Positions 13,098-24,010 of a stretch of 64,000 nucleotides of DNA are shown piece by piece; position 1 is the stretch's first letter; each line of letters begins with the position of its first letter. The position numbers and the translations under genes are program-made. The DNA is taken from NCBI GenBank assembly GCA_963758525.1, contig CAVWVQ010000003.1, forward strand, positions 4,192,001 through 4,256,000, in the 5' to 3' direction. The notes under the pieces are model-generated. The model was given only the letters and a program-made list of their open reading frames with translations. It did not search any database and was not told the DNA's origin. This DNA comes from an uncultured Phycisphaerales bacterium. GTDB lineage: Bacteria > Planctomycetota > Phycisphaerae > Tepidisphaerales > Tepidisphaeraceae.

Positions 13098-13133
13098 GGC
13101 CGGGCCACGGGGTATCGCAGAACTCGAAAGGTC

Positions 13134-15324
13134 TTAGGATCGCAGTGTCGTTGTCAAGAAGGATATCACTGCCGTCGCGGTGTCCATCCAGTTGTTCGGA
13201 AAGAATGGACGCCCCGGACGCGGATCGGGCCAGGGCCGCGGCGCGGGGGTGGGCGGCGGGGTTGAGGTGGGAGAGATTGTGAAGTTCACGCCGTTCAGGT
13301 TTGTGTCGCCGGAGGTGATCTGGAGTGGCGAAGGAGCCGCTCCCGCCAGTTGCATGGACTTTGGCATCGATAGAACCACCTGATACATGCCGGTGGCGCT
13401 GGCACCCGGTGTGATGGCTGCGTCGGTATTGCCGCTGCTGAGTTGATTGAAGCTGTAGTTGCCCGATGCGTCGGTGGTAGTTGCGGCAAGCAGGTCACCG
13501 CTTGTGTCTTCAAGATCGACTGTCAGCCCGGGCATTCCGAGCGCCTGGGATCCGAAGCGCCACCTGGAGCGCCCGCCATCGAAACTGTTCCGCTGATGGA
13601 CGCCCTGAAATAGAAGACATCTGACTGCAGGTTGGTGACGTTGGTATTTGCCTCGATCACTTTCGCCAGCGTATTGCCCTGGAAGAAAAAGTTGGCCTCC
13701 TCGGGGGTGGAGTTTTCGTTGAGATAGAAGAAGCGGTCGCCGTCCCGCAGCCGGGTGAACTGATCGACCATGATGGCCTGGAAGAGCGGTCCGACGTCCG
13801 AGCCGCGGACATGATCCTCGGCAAGTCCGCCTTCGAAGGCGTCAATCGTGTTCACGCCGCCGGGATAGGCCGCGGCCAATTGGTTTTGAACGGCGACATT
13901 GCTGGTGATCTGGGCGAAGCTCTTGACGGGCGGCAGCTTCAGCGCCATGCGCAGGGCGTTATAGTTTGGAATCCCGTTATCCCGTCCGCGCTGAACGTCG
14001 CGGGCCATCAAGTCGTCTCCGCCGGCTCCGTTGCCGAAGAGCAGGTTGCGGACGTCGCCGATGGCCATCAGATCCATCGCCTGCGAGTCACCATCGGCGT
14101 CGCCCTTGAGGATCACTCCGATGTCGGTGGAGGTTTGACCTGTCAGAGGGTCGACGACTTTCGCGGGATTGAGAAGGTTGGGATCGAAAAAGTCCTGGGC
14201 GAGGGAGATGCTGTCGCCCGCGGGGTCGGTAATCGAGGACCCGTCATTGTTGTGACGCTCGATTCCGCCGCTGAGCAGGCTGTGACCGAAGCGAAAGGCG
14301 ACGGTGGAGAATTCGTTGGAGATCGTCGGATTGACCGACGGATTGTACCCCCTGTAGGCCGGGAGCGCGTTTCTGCCGAGAACCGCGGGAATCCATTCGT
14401 TGTAAACGATGCTCTGATACTGGGCGATATTGATCTTCCTCGCCTGCTGATACAGCGTGTCGTCAGTCCACTGCGGATGCAGCGCCTGCAGTTGCGTCGC
14501 AATCCGATTGTGGTTGCGCATGAAGAGCGTTTGCAGCGCGGTCAGTTCAATATTCTCATTGGCGCGCCGATCGCCGGCGGCAAACAGCTTGTCGGAAGTG
14601 ACCATTCCCGCGTCGTTGGCCATGTTGAGCGCGGTAAGCTGGTCAGCCGAGAAATAGGTCGAATTGTTGTACGGCAGCATGTTGCCCGGACTGGTTTTCA
14701 ACAATCCCCCCGCTCCGGTGCGCAGGGCTGCGGCTACTGTCTGCGTCGATCCGTAGACATTGGATAGATCGAGATACGAAGTCACCACGGTTGTCTGCTG
14801 CCGTGGATTGGCTTTGCTGGTTCCGGTGGCGGGATCGAATTGCGACCGCGTGAACTCGAGCGGGCCGGGACCGATTGGATCGTTGGCTGCCACAGCGATG
14901 GGAAATGACGCGCCGCCATCCAGCGTCAAATCCAGATCGTGATCCATGAACTGCCCGAAGGCATATCCGAAATCCGAGAGGCTGTTCTGATCGATGGTGG
15001 CGATGTCCGCCGACGGATTTGCCGGATCGGCCTGATTGTTCAGCAGATTGCTGATGGCGCGGCGCTCTGATCACCGGGTAGAGCGGGTGAGCTGACGCCG
15101 TCGCTGTATGCCGCAGCCGCGAGGCGGAGCAGGTCGGTGTTGGCGGTTCCCCAGCTGGGGTTTGCAATGTTATTTCCAACTTCGTCGATCGGCCGAACGC
15201 TCGTCGACATCAACAAGCGCCCCTCAAGCGTCTCGAAAACACACTTCGTCGCACCTCTTATCTTTTGCTCATGCAACCGCTTTTCTGTTAGGCGACCAGC
15301 CCGAAGCCACAAAAACATTTCCAT
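13134..15324 (-). CDS. secreted animal-type heme peroxidase with LEPR-XLL-like N-terminus and SdrD-B-like C-terminal domain (frameshifts near 15060 and 13540)
   Basis: FETLEGRLLMS; IDEVGNN; FGQFMDHD; AGDRRANEN; NEFSTVAFRFGH; QRGRDNG; LRDGDRFFY; TTTDASGNYSF. Confidence 0.88.
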
Positions 15325-15765
15325 GAAATTGCCCTTTCTCTCTCTTCTTCAGCGTCTCCCGACCGCGCCAAAACACCGCGGTCGATGCGTGTAGGGAGAA
15401 AGCGACGCGAGGCGCCAGCCGCAGACTTGAATGATGTTGAGGCGCCCTTCGCGAGCGACCTCGCGGACGCCAAATGCGATTCAAACCTCAAAAAGAAGGG
15501 CAAAACTGGAGCGCGGAATATGGTTGCAGCAAAGCGTCGCATAATCTCCCGGGCCGGAACTTACAAAAGTGCGCGCGCCGAAGTCAACGTAATTTGCCGA
15601 ATATTGGGGAGCGGCGTATGGTTTTTTGTTGATTGCGGTCGGGTATGTGGTTTGGGCGGGGTGAGGCGCGGTAGCAATGTTGGGTCTAAGGAAGCGAGCT
15701 GAAAAACTCTAATTGCTGAGTTCGGTGTTGAGCGATCGCGGTCGCTTCATCAGGGGCCATAAACG

Positions 15766-15802
15766 CAACACCCTTGGCTGACAATCACAGCCAAGGGTGT
15801 TG
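15766..15802. terminator. intrinsic terminator hairpin
   Basis: perfect 15-bp stem CAACACCCTTGGCTG/CAGCCAAGGGTGTTG downstream of the 15834 gene. Confidence 0.75.
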
Positions 15803-15833
15803 ATTTTACAAAGGAACGAGGAAACGCCGTGAC

Positions 15834-16352
15834 TCAGGCGCCTTGGCTCACGCGGTTCCACGCGTCACGAGCGGCCGGCTTCGCTCGATTCCAATCAAGC
15901 GAGGAGGTGCCACGCGATCCGCCCCAATTCTGGGACAGCTCGTCTTCAATTTGATCGAAGTTGCGGTCCGGATAGCGTGCGCGGGACTCCCAACCATATT
16001 GATAAGCGGGACCGAATTCGTCGTAGGACGACCCGGGTGTCGCATACGGGCGGGACGCGAAGTTGCTTCGCCAATACTCATGCTCTTTGGTGGGGTTGAT
16101 TCCCTCGGCGACGCCCTTCCCGATCAGCCCGCCAGCCACCGCTCCGACCGCCGCGCCAACTGCTGTTCCCACCGGCCCGACCGCACTGCCCGCGATAGCG
16201 CCAGCCGCCAGTGCTCCGCCGATGCCCGCTGCACCGCCGGCCGCCGCGCCGATTCCCGTGCCCACCGGATGGGAGCCGGGCGCCTTGGTAATGGGGTCGG
16301 GGTTGGCGGCTGGATCGTCGGTTCGATTGGTGTCCGTCATCTTCCTGTCCAT
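15834..16352 (-). CDS. glycine-zipper protein
   Basis: DPITKAPGSHPVGTGIGAAAGG...GPVG...YWR...PAYQYG...AARDAW. Confidence 0.75.
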   Translation of the reverse strand: MDRKMTDTNRTDDPAANPDPITKAPGSHPVGTGIGAAAGGAAGIGGALAAGAIAGSAVGPVGTAVGAAVGAVAGGLIGKGVAEGINPTKEHEYWRSNFASRPYATPGSSYDEFGPAYQYGWESRARYPDRNFDQIEDELSQNWGGSRGTSSLDWNRAKPAARDAWNRVSQGA

Positions 16353-16430
16353 GGGAATCTCCTCTAGCAAATTTTTAGTAAGCGTGACGGGAATCCCCGC
16401 GGGACTCTGCACATCCGCCACCCGATGGAT

Positions 16431-16445
16431 ACAACCTGCGTGCCT
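16431..16445 (-). promoter_or_regulatory. possible sigma54-like promoter
   Basis: AGGCACGCAGGTTGT (GG-N10-GT, imperfect -12) ~80 nt upstream of ATG 16352. Confidence 0.35.
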
Positions 16446-16670
16446 TGGCAATGAGGCCCGGTGATTGTCAAGGAACTAGTGGGCACCCCCCCCGGTGTAC
16501 GACAGAGTGCCGGGGAAAGCGCCGGGGTTGTCGTTTTGGCCGGCTCGCTGCATCGGGCCGATTAGCATGGAACAAAAATCCGATCTGCGCAATAGTGGGG
16601 GAGAGGCGGATCCCGACGCCTGAGGGTATATTACGGGATCATCAACGAACTCAACTGCGGAGACAATTCA

Positions 16671-17057
16671 ATGCAAAGCTCTGGGGCTTCTAAAGCGGCG
16701 TTGTGGACAGGGCGCGTGCTCAGCGCGATTCCAGTGCTCATGCTCCTCTGGAGCGGCTACGCAAAGATCACTCGCCAACCGCAAGTGATGGAGGGTTTCG
16801 CCAAATTCGGATTCTCTGAGAAGGTAATCGTTCCCTTGGGCATCATTGAAATCACCTGCACGATCATCTACCTGGTTCCTCAAACATCCGTGCTTGGCGC
16901 GATCTTGCTTACCGGCTACTTCGGCGGCGCTATCTGCACGCACCTCCGCGCCGGCCAGGCGATCCTCGTCTTTCCCTTGCTCTTCGGAATCTTTGTCTGG
17001 CTCGGCCTTTTTTTACGCGATCCCAGGCTGCGTCAGCTGATTCCGCTGCGGAAATAG
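16671..17057 (+). CDS. DoxX family membrane protein
   Basis: LGIIE...P.TSVLGAILLTGYFGGAICTHLR. Confidence 0.9.
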   Translation: MQSSGASKAALWTGRVLSAIPVLMLLWSGYAKITRQPQVMEGFAKFGFSEKVIVPLGIIEITCTIIYLVPQTSVLGAILLTGYFGGAICTHLRAGQAILVFPLLFGIFVWLGLFLRDPRLRQLIPLRK

Positions 17058-17203
17058 ACGTTGCACGTCCGAGTTGAGTTGCAGCTTTGGGGAGTGAGCA
17101 ATTCCCGCGGGCCAACCGGGGTCGCTCAGAGCCTTTTTTGGAAGCGCGCGATCGCGTAAGCTGATAGACGCGCGATCCCAACAACCACCCATGGAGGCTT
17201 TTG

Positions 17204-17689
17204 ATGTCCTACGCTGAACTGTTTTCGAAGAATATTCTTCAGAGCAAGGGAATGCTCGGTTCGTTCCTCAAGGATTTCTCGGAGGCGGAGATGTATTTCC
17301 GTCCGGCCAAAACGGCCAATCATGCGACCTGGCAGATGGGGCATCTGGCCAACTCGGTGCGGGGCATAGTCACGGCGTGCAATCCGAGCGTCGTTTTCCA
17401 GTTCGAGGACGACACGCGCTTTGGCAAGAGCAAGGCATCCATCGACGATCCCGCTTTTTTCCCGGGCAAAGCGGAACTTCTGAGCAGATTCGATCAGGCG
17501 ATGGATACCGCAGCCAGTTGGGTTGCGAAACTCAGCGATGCGGAATTGGCCAAGCCAACACCCGAACGTATGCAACCATTCGCGCCAACAGTTGCAAATG
17601 CAGCGATACTCCTCGCCTCCCACCCGTTCATGCACATCGGCCAGTTCACGGTCATGCGCCGAGCGCTGGGCAAGCCGATTCTGTTTTGA
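17204..17689 (+). CDS. DinB family protein
   Basis: NHATWQMGHLA and HPFMHIGQ metal-binding His motifs; GGAGG RBS. Confidence 0.9.
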   Translation: MSYAELFSKNILQSKGMLGSFLKDFSEAEMYFRPAKTANHATWQMGHLANSVRGIVTACNPSVVFQFEDDTRFGKSKASIDDPAFFPGKAELLSRFDQAMDTAASWVAKLSDAELAKPTPERMQPFAPTVANAAILLASHPFMHIGQFTVMRRALGKPILF

Positions 17690-17976
17690 GGCCGTTGGGC
17701 CGCTTAAAAAACGACGATGAAAACGGCGGATTACGTCTTCAGCGGTGATTGTCCCCTTTTCTGTCCCCCAACGGGTTGCCCTCGAAGTCACGCGGAGGTA
17801 ATTCGCCGTGGCCGCCGGTGGCCGTTTCGCGTCGTCGCGGATCGCAAGCCGGCCGTGTGGCGCGGACCTTTGGACAATTCCGTTGCGGGAGGGCCAGGGG
17901 GAGCGCTAAAAATCCACAGCGATGGCAACACTCACACTCAACGTTGCAGAAGAAGTGAGGGTAGGAAAGGCAATCC

Positions 17977-18201
17977 ATGTCCATGACGAAGGATCAAATA
18001 TTGACTGAGGCGATGGCACTTGACCCGAGGGAGCGTGACGAAGTTGCCGAAGCGCTGTGGCAATGCCTGGTTCCGGAGGAGTTGGAACCGGGGCAGGTTG
18101 CCGAGATACGTCGTCGCATCGACGCCTTGGACAACGGTCTTGTTCAGCCGATTCCCGGCGAGCAGGTGACGGCGGAACTACGCCAACGTTTCCAACGGTG
18201 A
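17977..18201 (+). CDS. addiction-module antitoxin (TIGR02574-like)
   Basis: EAMALDPRER...AEIRRR...G..QPIPGEQV pattern. Confidence 0.75.
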   Translation: MSMTKDQILTEAMALDPRERDEVAEALWQCLVPEELEPGQVAEIRRRIDALDNGLVQPIPGEQVTAELRQRFQR

Positions 18202-18302
18202 AGCGATGGACTATCGCTTCGGTGTGTAGGACGTGGGTGAAGAAAGGGGGGCTCAGCCTATCTGGAGTTTTGGCTTATGACCCCCTTACGTCGCCCCTTC
18301 AC

Positions 18303-18638
18303 ATGAAGCAAAAGAAACGCAATATCGCCCACGAGATCATCGCGGACTTGAAAGAGATGCACGCAACATTAAGGGCGGGAACGCCCCTGCGCGAGAAGTA
18401 CACGGTGCGAACAGTCCGCGCGGTGCCCGAGCCGGGCGAATATCACCCAGCGGATGTGCGCAGCACGCGCGAACTGGTCGGGGTGAGCCAGCCGGTGTTC
18501 GCTCGAATGCTCGGGGTATCGGCAGCACTGGTACGCTCATGGGAATGCGGCCAACGCAAACCGGCCCCCATCGCCCGGCGACTGCTGGACCTGATGCGCG
18601 CCAACCCATCCACCTGGCGCGAAATGGTCGCCGCGTAG
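18303..18638 (+). CDS. XRE HTH antitoxin-like regulator (HigA/MqsA-like)
   Basis: VSQPVFARMLGVS...VRSWECGQRKP...ARRLL. Confidence 0.85.
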   Translation: MKQKKRNIAHEIIADLKEMHATLRAGTPLREKYTVRTVRAVPEPGEYHPADVRSTRELVGVSQPVFARMLGVSAALVRSWECGQRKPAPIARRLLDLMRANPSTWREMVAA

Positions 18639-18687
18639 CTAGCCAAGCAGCTGCTGGAAGTGATTGGGAACGGCACCCCCCCGTCGG

Positions 18688-20142
18688 TTATGGCCGCCGC
18701 GCCGCATTGCGGCCGCGGTGCGGCGTCCGCTGATGCTGTGCCGGCCGGTTTCCCGTGGGCTTGTGCCGGCCCTGGGAAGAATGCAACGGGTGCGGCCCGC
18801 TCCGCGCGGCTGATCGCGGCGATGCATGGGCCGACCCGGCGGAGTGCGGGGCGGAATGCGATCGTGACGGGGTATGCGCGCCAGCGTGTGAGTGCTGTGA
18901 ATGTTGCGAACCATGCGATCGGGCGGGGGCGGATCCGTGAGAGTGGGATCGCGCATTTGCGTGGCCACTCTCGCGGGGCTCGGGCTTCTCGTACGCTTCG
19001 CTGGGGGACGAGGGAAGGGGATTGGTGTGAACGGGAATCGTTCGACGAATCAGTCTTTCGATGGCTTTCAGATTCGCCACCTCTTCGCGATCGCAGAAGG
19101 AGACGGCCGACCCGGATGCGCCGGCGCGGCCGGTGCGTCCGATCCGGTGAACATACGTATCCGGCTCGTGCGTGAGATCGTAGTTGACCACGTGCGTGAT
19201 GCCGTCCACGTCGATGCCGCGGCTGGCGACGTCCGTGGCGACCAGGACGGGAATCTTGTTGCTGGCGAAGTTCGACAGGGCGCGCTGACGGGCTCCCTGG
19301 CTCTTGTTGCCGTGGATCGCTTCGGAACGGATGCCGCGCGTCTGGAGGTGTTTGACGACGCGGTCGGCGCCGTGCTTGGTGCGGGTGAAGACCAGCGTGC
19401 GATACATCTTCAGCGACTGCACCAGGTGCGCGAGCAGGGCGGGCTTGTCCCGTTTTTCAACGCGATAGACCGATTCCTCGATCTTCACCGTGGACGCAAC
19501 CGGGGCGATGCTGACGACCACCGGCTTGGTCATCAGCGAATCGGCGAGCTTGCGAATTTCCGACGGTACCGTCGCGGAGAAGAGCAGCGTCTGCCGTTGC
19601 GAGGGGAGTTTCGAGACGATCTGGCGGATGGGATGAATGAATCCCATGTCGAGCATGCGATCGGCTTCGTCGAGCACGAGCACCTCGATGGCGCTGAGAT
19701 TGACGTGCCGTTGCTCCATCAGATCCATCAGCCGTCCGGGCGTCGCGACGATGATGTCGACTCCCGCGCGCAGCGACTGAACCTGCGGCGTCTGCCCGAC
19801 GCCGCCGAAGATCACCGCCTGGCGAAGGTGCAAACCCTTGCCATAGACGCGAAAGCTCTCGGCGATCTGCGACGCGAGTTCGCGCGTCGGACAGAGCACC
19901 AGGCAGCGCGCCCGGCGCGCGTTCTGTCCGTTCTGCGGCGCGGTTTTGATGGACAATCGATGCAGGATCGGCACCGCAAACGCGGCCGTCTTTCCCGTGC
20001 CCGTCTGCGCGGATCCGAGGACGTCTTTGCCTTCCAGAATCGGCGGAATCGCCTGCTGCTGAATGGCCGTAGGGATGGTATATCCCTCGGCCCCGATGGC
20101 CGCGAGGAGTTGAGGAGACAATTGAAGCTTGGAGAATCCCAT
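18688..20142 (-). CDS. rhlE: DEAD-box RNA helicase (RhlE-like)
   Basis: AQTGTGKT, PTRELA, TPGRL, DEADRMLDMGF, SAT, HRIGRTGRAG; His/Ser-rich tail. Confidence 0.9.
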   Translation of the reverse strand: MGFSKLQLSPQLLAAIGAEGYTIPTAIQQQAIPPILEGKDVLGSAQTGTGKTAAFAVPILHRLSIKTAPQNGQNARRARCLVLCPTRELASQIAESFRVYGKGLHLRQAVIFGGVGQTPQVQSLRAGVDIIVATPGRLMDLMEQRHVNLSAIEVLVLDEADRMLDMGFIHPIRQIVSKLPSQRQTLLFSATVPSEIRKLADSLMTKPVVVSIAPVASTVKIEESVYRVEKRDKPALLAHLVQSLKMYRTLVFTRTKHGADRVVKHLQTRGIRSEAIHGNKSQGARQRALSNFASNKIPVLVATDVASRGIDVDGITHVVNYDLTHEPDTYVHRIGRTGRAGASGSAVSFCDREEVANLKAIERLIRRTIPVHTNPLPSSPSEAYEKPEPRESGHANARSHSHGSAPARSHGSQHSQHSHAGAHTPSRSHSAPHSAGSAHASPRSAARSGPHPLHSSQGRHKPTGNRPAQHQRTPHRGRNAARRP

Positions 20143-20476
20143 ATGCACACCTTTCGTGCGTAGTCCGTGGCGATCGACAAAGTCAGACCGCAAGCGGACG
20201 AAATGCGCACGTTTGCCTAAAAATGACGGCATCTGCCGAAAGGCAGAGTCGGGCTGGTGCGCTACAACTGGTTGCGTATATCAATCAGGAATGTGCCGGG
20301 AAAAACCCACTGGCGGATTCGCGTGACGATCTGAGGCAGGCAGCTGTTACGAAGGACTATACGCTAAGTTGAGGCAGAAAGCGAGGGACAAGAGCCGTCC
20401 GCAGCCGGGCGGAGGCAATATTTGAAAATCCGGCCGCCGCGCCTCCGCCTGCGTACCCCGCTTTCGCTTGGAAGCG

Positions 20477-21103
20477 CTAAGGAAGCAGGCGCTCCGCCGG
20501 AATAACGACCGGCTCTCCGGTGACGGTCGCGAGGCTCAATTTCATGCCAGCACTCAGCTTCCGCATTTCGGCGTATCCTCCTGAAGCGGCGTCAGCGGGT
20601 TTCTCATAAACCTCTATCACACGATCGATCAAATTCACGATCGCGTACATCGGAATACCCGCCGTCGCATAGAGCTGCAGCTTGTATCCGCGGTCGCGAG
20701 GCAAAGAAGAATCAGCCACTTCGATGACACAGAGGACATCGGCGGGGCGGGGATGACAGGTTCCGTAATCTTCTATGGTTCCGCGAACGATCGCCGCGTC
20801 CGGCTCCGGCTCGTCGCGGGGCGGAATGCTGATTGGCTGCTGTGATCGAAGGTGACAGCCAAGCGGTTCAAATGCGCTTGTCATCCGCGCGAGTCGGCTG
20901 ACGATCAGGGCGTGTTCGACGCCAACGGTCATGATGTCCTCCCCTTTTTCCGAGCGGATTTTCCTGACAATCTGCCCATCAAGCAGTTCGAAGGGCTCGC
21001 CCTCAGCAATCGACCCGGTGGCAATCATCTCGTGGTACTCATCGACGGTGTGCCGATAAACCAGTTCAGGATGAGCGGCCAACTCTTGGGCGATTGTCGT
21101 CAT
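20477..21103 (-). CDS. Uma2 family endonuclease
   Basis: TVDEYH, ELLDG, EPEPD, IEVADSS..RDRGYK..LYA.AGIP.Y. Confidence 0.9.
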   Translation of the reverse strand: MTTIAQELAAHPELVYRHTVDEYHEMIATGSIAEGEPFELLDGQIVRKIRSEKGEDIMTVGVEHALIVSRLARMTSAFEPLGCHLRSQQPISIPPRDEPEPDAAIVRGTIEDYGTCHPRPADVLCVIEVADSSLPRDRGYKLQLYATAGIPMYAIVNLIDRVIEVYEKPADAASGGYAEMRKLSAGMKLSLATVTGEPVVIPAERLLP

Positions 21104-21142
21104 GACATTTTCCTTCGCGTCTTCGCGGCTCTTTCTCCCGAT

Positions 21143-22426
21143 CTATTGCGCGAAGCGTCTTACAATGATCGAATCATTCTGCCCCCCGAAGCCGAAGCTG
21201 TTGCTGAGCGCGACATCGACTTTGGCTTTGCGGGCTTGATTGGGGACGTAATCGAGATCGCACTCGGGATCGGGGAATTGCAGGTTCATCGTCGGCGGCA
21301 GCACGTTGTCTCGGATCGCGAGGACGCAGCAGATCAATTCGACCGCGCCGGCGGCCGCGATCAAGTGGCCCATCATGCTCTTGATGCTGCTGACGGGGCA
21401 GCTCTTGGCGCGTTCGCCGAAGACGGAGCGGATGGCGATGGTTTCGTTGCCGTCGTTTTCTCGGGTGCCGGTGCCGTGGGCGTTGACGTAGTCGATATCG
21501 GCTGGAGACATCTTCGCATCGCGCAGGGCTTCCTGCATCGCGACGATCGCGCCGCGGCCCTGCGGGTCCTGATCGGTGATGCGATAGGCGTCGGCGGTTG
21601 AGCCGTAGCCGGCGACTTCAGCGAGAATAGTCGCGCCGCGGGCGGTGGCGTGGTCGAGCGTTTCGAGGATGACCATGCCGGCGCCTTCGCCGAGGACGAA
21701 GCCGGCGCGCTGCGCGTCGAACGGTCGGCTGGCGCGGGCTGGTTCGGCGTTGGCAGTCGAGAGGGCGGTGAGACGATTGAAACCGGTGACGCCGAAGGGA
21801 TGGATCATGGAATGGGCGCCGCCGCCGATCATCACCTGGGCGTCGCCGCGGCGGAGGATCGCGGTGGCTTCGCCGATGGCTTGAGTGGAGGCAGCGCAGG
21901 CGGTGAGGCAGTTCATGGCTGGGCCGCGGGCGCCGGTGAGCAGGGCGAGGTGGGAGAGGGGCATGTTGGGCTCCTGCTCCAGCTCGCGCGACACGTTCAT
22001 CAGTTCTCGCGCAGCTCGGCCCATTTGACGGTGTCGAGCGTCGCGGTCTGGGACTGCCAGGCGGCGAGATTCGCGGTGGTGAAGGCGTCGAAATCGAGCG
22101 AGCCTTCGCCGCTGCCGAGATAGATCCCCACTTCATCGAGATCGAGCGTCGCGGCATCGAGCCCGGAGTGTTTCCACGCCTGCGCAGGCAGCCAGCGCGA
22201 ATTGCGTATTGCGACCGCCTGCAGCATGCGGGCCGATGTCGTCCAGATGCTCGGTGAGCTTGAAGTTTTTCACTTCCGCCGAAATCGTCGTGGGAAACGT
22301 CGCGGCATCGAAGAGCGTTGTGCGGGCGATTCCCGATTCGCCGGCCAATAGCCGTTTCCACGTCGACTCGATGGAATGACCCATCGGTGTGATCCAGCCC
22401 ATTCCTGTGATGACGACTCTTTTCAT
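21143..22426 (-). CDS. FabF-like beta-ketoacyl-ACP synthase, full Cys-His-His triad (frameshifts near 22190 and 22020)
   Basis: KRVVITGMG, TACAAS, NAHGTGT, KSMMGH, SNSFGFGGQN. Confidence 0.9.
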
Positions 22427-22437
22427 AATGAAGTCTT

Positions 22438-22668
22438 CCCCCCTCCCCTGATACTCCGGGGAAGGGCTGGGGCGGGGGTTTGGAGAAACCCGAATGACGA
22501 AACCCGAATCCCCGAATCAATTAATCAATTCCGAATGACGAAACCCGAATGACGAAACAAATGCAATCGTGGAGTCCCGCCCCGCTGATCTCATGCATTT
22601 CATTCGTTCATTCGTCATTCGGGTTTGATTATTTGATTCGGGGATTCTGGTTTCGTCATTCGGATTTC
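22438..22668. repeat. CCCTCCCC-type REP half plus tandem-heptamer hairpin (CGAATGA/CGAAACC)
   Basis: gaaacccgaatgacgaaacccgaatccccgaatcaa mirrored by ttgattcggggattctggtttcgtcattcggatttc, between the two KS genes. Confidence 0.8.
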
Positions 22669-22673
22669 ACTGC

Positions 22674-23975
22674 TCAGCTGATCATCCTTCGGAAAACCAG
22701 CGAAGCGTTCTGCCCGCCGAGGCTGTAAACGGTGCTGATCGCCACGCCGATCTTGGCCTCGCGCACTTCGGTGCTCACGTTCAGCTTTCGCTGGTCGATC
22801 ACCTTCCGCGTATTCATCGCGGCTGGAATGTTGCCGTGATGCAAAGAGAGGACAGCGGTGGCTGCGTCAACGCCGCAACCGGCGGCGAGCGAGCCGATTT
22901 GCGCCTTGATCGGCGCGAACGGAATTTTCTCAAGCCCGCCGCCAAAAACACGGTCCATCGCCGCAAGCTCGGCTCGGTCGTGAGATGCGATTCCCAAGCC
23001 ATGCGGAACAATCAGGCCCACATCTGACGCAGACACACCAGCCTCTTTGAGGCTTTTGTTGATCGCGTTGGCATAACTCTTTCCCGAAGGGTCCGGCTCG
23101 GTGATCTTGTACGTGTCCTGGCTCGCGCCGAAACCTGCCAACTCTGCGTAAATCTTCGCGCCGCGGGATTTGGCATGCTCAAATTCTTCCAGAATCAATA
23201 AGCCGCCGCCTTCGGCGACGGCGGTTCCCTCGGCGTCGGCGTCGAACGGGCGCACCGCCTCGACGGGCGAATCGTTGTGGGTTTCGTTGAGCCGATGAAG
23301 CAGCGAATGACGGATCAAACTCATCGGCAGCGCCTTGGTTTCCGCGCCGCCGCAGATCGCCAGCTCCGCGTCGCCGCGCCCAATCGTTCGGAACGCCTCG
23401 CCGATCGCGAGATGGCTGCTGGCATCGGCGCAGGTGATGGTGTTGCTCGGTCCCTTCAGCTCGTGAACGATTGTCACGTGACACGAGAGCATGTTGGGCA
23501 AATATTTCAGCAGCCAAAGGGGCGTGAGTTGTGCCATCCCGACGCCGCCCCATTTCGCGAGATCCAGCTTGTTGCCTGCACGGGCGGCGTGCATCGCGGC
23601 GGTCAGCTCGGCGAGATCGACATTGATCAGGCCCGCGCCGATGTTGCAGCCGAAACGTGTCGCGGGAATCGTGGGAGTGTCGGTGTAGGCGCGCGATTGC
23701 AGCCCGGCGTCGCGGAACGCGTCGTCGGCGGCGATCACCGCCAGCTCGATGTCGCGGGCCATCACCTTCGTTGCTTTGCGATAGCTCTTGGGAACGTAGT
23801 CGCTGATTTTGTAAGGCGGGACTTCGCCGCCAATTTGCGAGGCAAAGCCCGACGGGTCGAACGCAACGAGTTTGCGGACACCCATTTGTTTCGCGAGCAG
23901 GTTGTCCCAGAACGCGCGCGTGCCGATCCCGATGGGGGAGATGATGCCGATACCGGTGACGACGACGCGGCGCAT
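22674..23975 (-). CDS. ketosynthase-like / chain-length-factor-like subunit (second catalytic His absent)
   Basis: RRVVVTGIG, TCADASS, PHGLG, KAQIGSL in place of KSxxGH. Confidence 0.85.
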   Translation of the reverse strand: MRRVVVTGIGIISPIGIGTRAFWDNLLAKQMGVRKLVAFDPSGFASQIGGEVPPYKISDYVPKSYRKATKVMARDIELAVIAADDAFRDAGLQSRAYTDTPTIPATRFGCNIGAGLINVDLAELTAAMHAARAGNKLDLAKWGGVGMAQLTPLWLLKYLPNMLSCHVTIVHELKGPSNTITCADASSHLAIGEAFRTIGRGDAELAICGGAETKALPMSLIRHSLLHRLNETHNDSPVEAVRPFDADAEGTAVAEGGGLLILEEFEHAKSRGAKIYAELAGFGASQDTYKITEPDPSGKSYANAINKSLKEAGVSASDVGLIVPHGLGIASHDRAELAAMDRVFGGGLEKIPFAPIKAQIGSLAAGCGVDAATAVLSLHHGNIPAAMNTRKVIDQRKLNVSTEVREAKIGVAISTVYSLGGQNASLVFRRMIS

Positions 23976-24010
23976 GTGCGAATGATAGAACGCGGAAGCC
24001 GGAAGTGAAA

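Noticed and set aside
15496..15540. c-di-GMP-I riboswitch
   Set aside because: GGGCAAA and GCAAAG are present, but the GAAA-capped stem and receptor are missing and the orientation is opposite to the nearby gene.
20143..20350. structured leader/thermosensor of the DEAD-box helicase
   Set aside because: Only short GC-rich hairpins; not distinguishable from background by eye.
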